Shown here: one piece after another, positions 8,194-15,518 of the stretch | Layout: every line of letters begins with the position of its first letter | How positions within the stretch are numbered: the first letter of the stretch is position 1 | Assembly (NCBI GenBank): GCA_039800325.1 | Contig: JBDLQY010000047.1 | Location: 1-18,103, forward strand | Reading direction: 5' to 3' | DNA length: 18,103 bases | Origin: Pseudomonadota bacterium | GTDB lineage: Bacteria; Pseudomonadota; Gammaproteobacteria; Burkholderiales; Burkholderiaceae_E | Program-made: the position numbers and the translations under genes | The notes under the pieces: model-generated | Database searches by the model: none | Told to the model about the DNA's origin: nothing | What the model saw: the letters and a program-made list of their open reading frames with translations, nothing else

Positions 8194-8301
8194 TGCTACT
8201 CCTTCATGTGTTGCAGGAATCAGCAATTTATTTTCGAGGGTTCCGATAGAGCAACCGAACTGCAATGACCCGCCGCATTGAACGGACTCTGAAACCGGCG
8301 A

Positions 8302-9882
8302 TCAATCCTTGGCTGTACCAGCGCCCGTCACACGACTTCTTGCAAGCGACTCCTCGTGCTTGATCCAGTCCGTGTGCTCGCGCTGCTGGCGTTCCTCATC
8401 AAGCGACCGTGGCGTGAACCTTTCCAGCCTCTTCGGAGCCAGATGCCAGTACGGGTTGCCTGTTTGCTCGCGCAGCGTTAGCTCGATGTGATGCTTGAGA
8501 TCTGCCCCTAATCGCTTCTTGAAGAAGATCGCGTCATGTACGTTCGCAATGGGACGATGCCCATGCTCCGCCGCTACGCGACGGACGATATCCATCGTGG
8601 ACGTTTCGTCATGCTGGTAAAGGTAGGCAAGTAGCTTCGCCTTGCTCACTCTCCCCGACTCTGTTTGCAGGATCGTGAGTTTTGCAAGATCTGGATAGGA
8701 CTGCATGAACTTCTCGAAGATGTACTGGTCGAGCATCTTCTGTTCAGCGATGAAGCCCTTTACCACTTCATCCGAAAGGAAGCGCTCTCGCTCGGCAGCG
8801 TTCCTCAGGATATCTACCAGAGCTGGATTGACCCAGTTACCAGACCCGTCAGTCCAGCCCTTACCTGCCGCACGTGCGCCGAAGCTGATGGCGGTGAAAG
8901 CTTGCTTCAGTAGCGGCAGCTGGAAGTCCTTCGGCACCGCGCTGTCTTCTTGAAACGTGAAGTAGCGAACCGTTCCCATGAAGTCCGCCTTGTCCTCCAG
9001 ATACAGCAAAGACATCGGAAAGTACGCCTTGACATCGGGTCGTATGCCCATGTCGATGAGCAGATTCCTCGCAAAGCCCATCTTCCACGCCACGACGCTG
9101 CTGCGAATGTCGTACTCCCAGCAGTTGCCAAGCATCGCCCTTCTCAGCTGTTTATGCACGCTCTGCACGCTCAAACCGTCGTAGTACATCCGGCCAAACG
9201 CGCTGGGGTTCTTGCGCTGGACGAAGTACCCGTTGTTGACGTCTGCAATGCTCAGAATCGTCATGGCCTGCTGGGCGAGATGCGTCCGCTGACTAGTGCT
9301 CAGCAAGCTTGCGCCGTCGGTGAGCCATAAGGCGAAGGCTTTAAGCGACTCTTTGTCTACTGGAACAAGGTCAAAGATCTCGGCAAGCTTGTCTGCGCGC
9401 CACTGCGTTGTGAATTCCGGGAAGAGGAACCTGAAGAGCGCAAGCCGGGACTGCTGATTTCCCAGAAGCGCGGCTTCCAGTGCTGCATCGGAGTCCGCAT
9501 GTGAGACAGACTGAGCGACGTCGGTAGAGACAGTCTGCAGCGAAGCAAGTGCACTTAGCTTTACCTGGGAGTTCTGCTTGGTGAACTTCGAGCCCGTGAC
9601 AACCTTCTCGACCAGAGACAGGTTGTTGTCTGATAGCCATTTGTGCAGGCGTATCTTGTCTGGGCCGATTTGTCCTCCCTTGTTCGCGAGCTGCTGAAGG
9701 GAGATGCTGTACAGGTCGAACTTTCGCTGCTCCGGGGTTTGCCCGTGCTGGATCGCAGCGTGAAGCATCTGCTCCAGGACAGCGATGTACTTGTCAAGTG
9801 CACGCTGCGCTGCGGCTTTGGGCTTGGGGAACGCAAGCGTCAAAGCGTGCAACACAACAGGGTCGGCGGATATCTTGATCAT
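8302..9882 (-). CDS. Divergent family-A (Pol I/T7-like) polymerase-domain protein, with no exonuclease domain recognised
   Basis: Long 526-aa ORF. Motifs recognised by eye: SAFGRMYY..LSVQSV (pre-A), WEYDIRSS (motif A, Asp258), KADFMGTVRYF, LLKQAFTAISFG (motif B, Lys326/Phe334-Gly335), FMQSYPDL, ANVHDAIFF (motif C, His449-Asp450). There is no clear SD before the ATG at 9882, so the start is uncertain. Confidence refers to the functional call; the ORF itself is very likely real. Confidence 0.6.
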   Translation of the reverse strand: MIKISADPVVLHALTLAFPKPKAAAQRALDKYIAVLEQMLHAAIQHGQTPEQRKFDLYSISLQQLANKGGQIGPDKIRLHKWLSDNNLSLVEKVVTGSKFTKQNSQVKLSALASLQTVSTDVAQSVSHADSDAALEAALLGNQQSRLALFRFLFPEFTTQWRADKLAEIFDLVPVDKESLKAFALWLTDGASLLSTSQRTHLAQQAMTILSIADVNNGYFVQRKNPSAFGRMYYDGLSVQSVHKQLRRAMLGNCWEYDIRSSVVAWKMGFARNLLIDMGIRPDVKAYFPMSLLYLEDKADFMGTVRYFTFQEDSAVPKDFQLPLLKQAFTAISFGARAAGKGWTDGSGNWVNPALVDILRNAAERERFLSDEVVKGFIAEQKMLDQYIFEKFMQSYPDLAKLTILQTESGRVSKAKLLAYLYQHDETSTMDIVRRVAAEHGHRPIANVHDAIFFKKRLGADLKHHIELTLREQTGNPYWHLAPKRLERFTPRSLDEERQQREHTDWIKHEESLARSRVTGAGTAKD

Positions 9883-10400
9883 GAGACTGCGACGCGAGCG
9901 ATTGCGTTCTCCTCCTCAAGGTATTTAGCGTCACAGATGATCAAGTCACGGCAGCGTGAAGACAAGAAAAAGTCACACGCATATAGTAATTTCTGACTTG
10001 GCGAAGACCTGAGGCCGCCACCCCACAAGGAAGCCGGCGCAGCCGGTCGATACCACCGATCCACTCCTCTGCTGACGCTTGCGTCTTGCCCTGTTGCAGC
10101 GCAGCGTTGCTCGTGGCGTAAGTGCCACGGATATGTAGCGCTGTGGCGCTTTCGCCATGCTGACCGGTTGAGCGTTCAGCTCTTGCGACACGCTTAAACG
10201 CCCTACAGCACGCGATCTCGCAGTTGGGCATGCTGCGGGTGCTGCCCTACCTGTTTACGCGTTGTAGGGCGCCTACGTTGCTTGCGGGCGTTGGGCACTC
10301 TTTCAGTGCATTCGCTCCAGGAAAATCTAACAAAAGTCGCAATTTCCATTGTTTCGCCGCGGTAGCGTTGAAATCATTGAGGAAATTTACTGGGCAAAAG

Positions 10401-10409
10401 TTATCCACA
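10401..10409. promoter_or_regulatory. Perfect consensus DnaA box TTATCCACA
   Basis: Exact 9-mer at the edge of an AT-rich tract (about 10320-10400) in the noncoding region between the polymerase-like gene and the recombinase. Confidence 0.4.
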
Positions 10410-10563
10410 GCCTATTCGTCCAGGACCTCGGCTTACCACCCAACACTTTGATTGAGACGGGCATCTGGAAGAGTCCTTTCGCGCTGCCCGCACTTTGGTT
10501 GCCCGCATAAATACGAGAAAACAAAATGGCTGGACAACACGCAACGCAAAGGAGATCGCGCAG

Positions 10564-11136
10564 ATGGCACAGGCAAGGACACTGAACGCAGCAGAGCTCG
10601 AACGGGTACTAGCGCACATTGCAACCAGCCGACACTCAGTGCGTAACAGAGCGATGCTGCTGCTGACGCATTTAGCGGGCTTGCGTATAGGGGAAGTGGC
10701 TGCGCTGCGATGGTGCGACGTGGTAAACCAGGACGGCAGCGTTAAAGACGAAATCCGCTTGCTGGCCACGATGACCAAGGGCGGTCATGCTCGTACAGTG
10801 TTTGTGAGCAAACGACTACGCGAAGAACTGCAGCGGTACGCTAGCAGCACCAAATGCGTGGAAAGCGGCTACCCGTTCTTCTACAGTCAGAAGTCGGTGC
10901 GGCGCGGATTCACGCCTAACAGCCTATCTCAGACCATGTCGCTTCTGTATGCCCAGGCTGGGCTGGAAGGAGCCACCAGTCACAGCGGACGACGCTCGTT
11001 TCTGACCAATCTCGCGAACAAAGGCACCGCCATACACCTGCTTAAGGCGCTAGCCGGGCATCGCAACATATCCACGACTGCTACGTACCTTTACAGCAGC
11101 CCTGCCCAGCTCAAAGCTGTTGTGGAGCTGGTTTGA
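10564..11136 (+). CDS. Tyrosine site-specific recombinase, catalytic domain only (about 190 aa, FimB/FimE-sized)
   Basis: Catalytic residues appear in order: R (AGLRIGEV), K (TKGGHARTV), HxxR (HSGRRSF), H (GHRNISTT), Y (ATYLY). There is no N-terminal SAM-like/arm-binding domain. AAGGAG lies about 9 nt upstream of the ATG at 10564; the ORF-track start at 10495 is the alternative. Confidence 0.85.
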   Translation: MAQARTLNAAELERVLAHIATSRHSVRNRAMLLLTHLAGLRIGEVAALRWCDVVNQDGSVKDEIRLLATMTKGGHARTVFVSKRLREELQRYASSTKCVESGYPFFYSQKSVRRGFTPNSLSQTMSLLYAQAGLEGATSHSGRRSFLTNLANKGTAIHLLKALAGHRNISTTATYLYSSPAQLKAVVELV

Positions 11137-11499
11137 CGCCTATGGTGCTGGCGGAAACGGAGTCATACGGGGCCAAACGCGCCGAATTCCAACAAGGTCC
11201 AGTAAAAGCTGGCTCAGGATGGACGGTAAATAGGTTGGTAGGATCGCTGCGCGCCGCCAGTAAATCCCTCCGGAAATCGTAGATATCCGGCCACCTAAGC
11301 TGGAGCTCATGAGGAGAGCCTGGTCACTCCGAAGAGGTCTACGCAATATTGCTACACGCTAGGCGGTCAACGGGCAGCCTACATGGTGCCACGCCCAAGT
11401 GGGGCGTACGGATGTAACGCTGTCATGAGCAACACTCAACACCCCGGGAGGTCTGGTGGCGCCGTTGGTGTGGGTATTGCGATAGTTATGTTGTGCACC

Positions 11500-11512
11500 G
11501 CCCACCAATTCC
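11500..11512 (+). repeat. 13-bp direct repeat GCCCACCAATTCC, copy 1
   Basis: Exact copy of 16235-16247. The flanks are also partly similar (9 of 15 nt upstream, then AACTAC and CCCCG downstream with indels). It lies 184 nt before the META gene ATG at 11696. Confidence 0.35.
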
Positions 11513-11695
11513 AAACTACAACTGCCCCGGTGCAAAACCGCATAGATGCTGGGCCTCGTCTGCTGACAGTCAAGAGACCGGCAGAGAAAAACGGGAGCAA
11601 AGAGACTCGGACGGCGAAAAAGGCGGCCTTTTGGCGCGGCCGTAGTCTTATGCTGTACCAGCAAGCACACCTGGCGATAAGATGCTGTTCCAACA

Positions 11696-12640
11696 ATGCA
11701 AAGCACCCGCAAGGAAGTCGCCAACGCGGCCATCACCGGAAGTACCTGCTGGCGCCGTACCCAGTGGATGTTCGCGTTGGCTCTCCTGAGTGGAGCCGGG
11801 CTAACCACCCCATCTTTGGCAGCGGAGTGGGCTTTAGATGACGTGCGCGGCGCACGTTATGGCGGCGTGGAAGGAATCCCCGGAGAGTTTCATCTGGTCC
11901 AAGGTAAATGGACTGGTCAACCTCTCGATCCTGGGGCAGCCAGCAAGCCCACCGTGATGCTGCTGGACGACACCCTGGCCACCGGAGAGGCGGCAGGTGG
12001 CGCGCACCCCGAAGCGGCGGTTGTGTTGGCGGCCTCCTTTGGTGGCTCTGGCGTGTTTCACTATCTGGCCGTGTTGGAGCGGCGCGACGGCCGTCCGGTC
12101 AGTCGCCAGACGTGGGCACTGGGCGACCGGGTGCAGATCAAGCAGGTGCAAATCCATGGTCAGCGTATCCTCGTGGACATGGTTCGAAGCGGCCCCGGCG
12201 ACCCGGCTTGCTGCCCAACGGAATGGGTGACGCTTGCTTACGCTGTGGGGCAAGACCGGTCGATGGCTGTAGGACAGCCACGCCCTGTTCAACTTGCGGA
12301 TATCGGCGGCCCGAACTGGGTCCTGCGCACTTGGGGCGATGGTGAACAGGCACAATTGAACTCGTCGATATCCCTGACCTTCAAGGACGCCGCTTTGCGC
12401 GGGCATGCTGGGTGTAACTCTTATGTGGCCGGTACACAGGCAGGCGCGACCGGCAGCGCGCTCGCCATGGCGCCTGCAGCAACCACCCGAAAGATGTGCG
12501 AGCCCGACGTGATGCGCTCAGAGAGTCGTTTCCTTGAGGCGCTTGCACGCGCCGCCCGGTGGCGATTTGATGGTGGGCGTCTGGCGCTCAGTGCGGATGA
12601 TGGTTCGCCATTACTGACGTTCAGCCGTGAACCACGATGA
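11696..12640 (+). CDS. Secreted META-domain (HslJ-like) protein with an unassigned N-terminal domain
   Basis: The C-terminal half fits the META pattern (WVLRTW...ISLTFKDAALRGHAGCNSY...TRKMCEPDVMRSESRFLEAL...GGRLALS...LLTF). The N-terminus has WRRTQWMFALALLSGAGLTTPSLAA, which is signal-like and possibly Tat-like (RR). An alternative start is ATG 11768. The stop overlaps the next start (ATGA). Confidence 0.75.
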   Translation: MQSTRKEVANAAITGSTCWRRTQWMFALALLSGAGLTTPSLAAEWALDDVRGARYGGVEGIPGEFHLVQGKWTGQPLDPGAASKPTVMLLDDTLATGEAAGGAHPEAAVVLAASFGGSGVFHYLAVLERRDGRPVSRQTWALGDRVQIKQVQIHGQRILVDMVRSGPGDPACCPTEWVTLAYAVGQDRSMAVGQPRPVQLADIGGPNWVLRTWGDGEQAQLNSSISLTFKDAALRGHAGCNSYVAGTQAGATGSALAMAPAATTRKMCEPDVMRSESRFLEALARAARWRFDGGRLALSADDGSPLLTFSREPR

Positions 12641-14730
12641 CTGATCATGCCTGGCTAATGGAGGCGGCTCGTCGGGTACGCCCGGCTGCGGTTCCAACCG
12701 AACCGATTGCGCTTGCAGATGATTTGCAGATGGCTTGGTCTCAGGTCGCGAGGGCGAGCGGCCTTACACCGCGCGAGCTGGCGGCAGCCGTTGCGCTGAC
12801 GAACGGGCTCGATGCTGTAGACCCTAAGCAGATTGATTTTTCTCAAGCCAGCCTCCTGCCCGAAAGGATGTGCCGCCAGCAAGGCCTGGTGCCGGTGTCG
12901 CACGACGAAGCTACGCTGGTCATTGCGGTCAGCGATCCGCGGCTGCCGCTCGAGCAGCTACAAGCGTTGCGCTTCTCGGCTCAGCGCTCGATTCGTCTTG
13001 CTGTCATGGCACCTGACGACATCGATACCGCGCAGCTGCGCTTGTTCTCTCAGGAACACCGCAGCAAATCCGTCGGCGACTTGCCCGAGGTGGACCTCCT
13101 GGCTGACGATGGGGTGAGGAATGTGCCACAAGCCGTCAGCCTAGCCAAGGCCATCTTCCGGGCTGCGCTCGATCTGAATGCGTCTGACGTGCATGCCCAT
13201 CCCTTTGTGGGTGGTGGGGCGATCCGCCTGCGAGTGGATGGCGTCATGCGGCGCGTGTCGACCATCAATGCCTCTACGCTTGAGGCGCTGGCGCGCTACC
13301 TGAAAGCGCAGGCGGGCCTGGACCCCAACCCGCTCAAGCCCCAAGACGGACGACTGCGCCTGAGATACGGACGCCGCATGATTGACGTGCGGCTGTCCAT
13401 TCTTCCGGCATATGACGGCGACCGCATCGTTTGCAGGCTGCTTGACCAAAGCCGGAATTTCTCTTTGCAGTCGAGCGGTTTTTCTACGGCCGAGCAGCAA
13501 ACCTTGCAACGCCTGGTGCTGCGTGACGCAGGCATGGTCCTGTTGACTGGCCCGACGGGCTCTGGCAAGACGAGCACCCTGTACGCGCTGCTTTCGGAAC
13601 TCAACACCGTCGATGTGAACATCATGACGATCGAGGACCCCGTGGAGTACGTGTTGCCAGGTATCTCGCAGATCCAGGCGAACGAAAAGCAGGGGCGTTC
13701 ATTCGCCGACACCTTGCGGTCCATCTTGAGGCAAGACCCGGACATCGTGCTGGTCGGTGAAATTCGCGATGGTGAAACCGCACGCGTTGCAGCGCAAGCC
13801 GCATTGACAGGCCACCTTGTGCTGTCGACCCTGCATACGAACGACGCCATGGGAACGATCCCGCGGCTTCTTAACCTTGATCTTGATCCTGCGATCCTTG
13901 CCGACGCCTTGCTTGGCGTTGTGTCCCAGCGCCTGGTGCGCAAACTCTGCGAGGCATGCCGCGTCGCGCCATCCGTTCCCTATCGTCCGGGCGAGGAAGA
14001 GTTTCATCGGCTCACGGGCAGCTATCCGCGCTACCGCGCGCAGGGATGCAAGCGTTGCGCCATGACAGGCTTCCGCGGCCGGCTCCCGATCGTTGAGATA
14101 TTCGAGACAACCCGCGAGCTTCGCCACGCGATCCAGACAGGCGAGCACAGCTTGCGCGCCTTGACTGCCGCAGTGGGCGGCAGACACCACCTCATGTCCA
14201 GAAGTGCGGAGGCCCGGATCCGGGCCGGGGAGACCACGCCAGCGGAAGCCCAGCGGGCGATGGGAATGGGGTTCTGGTACGAGCTCGCCGAGTCACACGG
14301 CGTCGACACCGGGACGCTGCGTGACGAGTTGGCCGAGGAGGTTCTCGCCGGCCGGCGCTTGAGGGTGCTGGTTGTGTCGACCGACCCCCTGCTTGCAGAC
14401 GAGGTGCGAAGCGCCGTGCCCTACCAGCTGGATTGCGCTGACAGCGTGGCCGCTGCGTCCGAGGCGCTGGATCAGCAACTTGGCGTGATGGCGGTTGTCA
14501 TCGACGCGCATTTGATCGAAGCGGCCGGCGGGCATGCCTTGCGGGAGTCATTGGAAACGATGGCAAATGCCAGTCCGTGGGCAGGCTTGCCACTGCTGCT
14601 TGTCCGTGCAACGGCTGCGCCGGATGACGAGCAACTCCTGCCGGAACGTATTCGTGTTCTGACAGCGCAGGAGTCAACGGCCGAGCCGATGCGGCAGGCA
14701 CTTCTTCAATTGATGGGGCATCACGTATGA
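12637..14730 (+). CDS. PilB/GspE-family type IV filament assembly ATPase with an extra C-terminal receiver-like domain
   Basis: T2SSE N-terminal domain, Walker A GPTGSGKTS, Walker B DIVLVGEIRD, His box GHLVLSTLHTNDA, tetracysteine CEAC...CKRC. About 125 additional C-terminal residues have a CheY-like beta-alpha pattern (RVLVVSTDP...VVIDAHL...LPLLLV). Confidence 0.9.
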   Translation: MTDHAWLMEAARRVRPAAVPTEPIALADDLQMAWSQVARASGLTPRELAAAVALTNGLDAVDPKQIDFSQASLLPERMCRQQGLVPVSHDEATLVIAVSDPRLPLEQLQALRFSAQRSIRLAVMAPDDIDTAQLRLFSQEHRSKSVGDLPEVDLLADDGVRNVPQAVSLAKAIFRAALDLNASDVHAHPFVGGGAIRLRVDGVMRRVSTINASTLEALARYLKAQAGLDPNPLKPQDGRLRLRYGRRMIDVRLSILPAYDGDRIVCRLLDQSRNFSLQSSGFSTAEQQTLQRLVLRDAGMVLLTGPTGSGKTSTLYALLSELNTVDVNIMTIEDPVEYVLPGISQIQANEKQGRSFADTLRSILRQDPDIVLVGEIRDGETARVAAQAALTGHLVLSTLHTNDAMGTIPRLLNLDLDPAILADALLGVVSQRLVRKLCEACRVAPSVPYRPGEEEFHRLTGSYPRYRAQGCKRCAMTGFRGRLPIVEIFETTRELRHAIQTGEHSLRALTAAVGGRHHLMSRSAEARIRAGETTPAEAQRAMGMGFWYELAESHGVDTGTLRDELAEEVLAGRRLRVLVVSTDPLLADEVRSAVPYQLDCADSVAAASEALDQQLGVMAVVIDAHLIEAAGGHALRESLETMANASPWAGLPLLLVRATAAPDDEQLLPERIRVLTAQESTAEPMRQALLQLMGHHV

Positions 14731-14759
14731 GTTGCGCCACACGATCAAAGGAAGACCGC

Positions 14760-15518
14760 ATGAAACATCGTACGTACGGCTTCACGCTGATCGAAATTCT
14801 GGTGGGTATCGCCATCGTTGCAGTGCTGGCGGCGCTGGCGATTCCGTCGTATCAGTCCTACGTTACGCGAAGCCGCATCGCCGAAGCGCTGACGGCTGCT
14901 GATGCCGCGAGAACTACCGTGCAAGAGGCCCTGACCGCGGGGCAGCCTGTGGCAGCCGATTTACTGGCTTCGTCTGGAAAGGCGGCCGACGCCGTTCATT
15001 CGGTCCGTTGGCAGACTGCACCCGCAGGCTCGCCCGCTGCAGGAGCGATCGTGGCCAGCATCAACATTCCTGGCCTGGGGAAGCGCGCAGCACTTGCACT
15101 GGAGTGGCGCGCGGATGGCGGGTGGCACTGCGTCAGTGCCGAGGGCTATGCTGCAGGTGAAAAGTGGGTCGAGCCAGCCTACTTGCCATCCAGCTGCAAG
15201 GATGCAAGCCAGCCGATGCCGCATGTGATGGCGCACAACTCGGCGCCTGACGCTCAGACACCGGGCAGTCGCCCGGCTTGTCAGCCGAATCAGGTCGAAT
15301 TCGGCGGGCGTTGCAATGACGTTTGCAATCCGGGATGGGTGCGGCGCGGCACACAGTGTGAGCTCGCGCCAACCACCCAGATGGCTCCGCCTCAGCCGTC
15401 GGCCCCCGCGCTCCCGCAGTGCAAGCCGCATCAGGTTCTGGTCGCGGCAAACCAGACTTGCGTGAATGTCTGCTCGGAAGGATGGCGCATCAACGGCAAC
15501 CGATGCGCGCAGCTATGA
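14760..15518 (+). CDS. Type IV pilin (class III signal MKHRTYG/FTLIE) with a roughly 100-aa C-terminal Cys-repeat extension
   Basis: RBS AAAGGAAG lies before the ATG at 14760. Has G/FTLIE with Glu+5, a hydrophobic alpha1-N, and a D-region disulfide pair (WHC...PSSC). At 252 aa it is much longer than typical major pilins. Confidence 0.9.
   Translation: MKHRTYGFTLIEILVGIAIVAVLAALAIPSYQSYVTRSRIAEALTAADAARTTVQEALTAGQPVAADLLASSGKAADAVHSVRWQTAPAGSPAAGAIVASINIPGLGKRAALALEWRADGGWHCVSAEGYAAGEKWVEPAYLPSSCKDASQPMPHVMAHNSAPDAQTPGSRPACQPNQVEFGGRCNDVCNPGWVRRGTQCELAPTTQMAPPQPSAPALPQCKPHQVLVAANQTCVNVCSEGWRINGNRCAQL

Noticed and set aside
1110-10508. 10-mer TTGCCCGCAT shared between the LacI promoter region (1110-1119) and the recombinase upstream region (10499-10508)
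   Set aside because: Exact 10-mer coincidences are expected by the hundred in an 18-kb window, and the flanks show no similarity.
11251-11462. Possible inverton arms GCGCCGCCAG (11251-11260) and CTGGTGGCGC (11453-11462) downstream of the recombinase
   Set aside because: The arms are only 10 nt with one mismatch, GC-rich and low in complexity (they contain the GGCGCC palindrome). The flanks do not extend the pairing, so this is compatible with chance.
14690-14760. Sigma-54 (GG-N10-GC) promoter upstream of the pilin gene, as in PilR/PilS-controlled pilins
   Set aside because: The only GGCA...TTGC pair (within 14715-14735) has spacing about 5 nt too long. The pilin is more likely co-transcribed with the ATPase.
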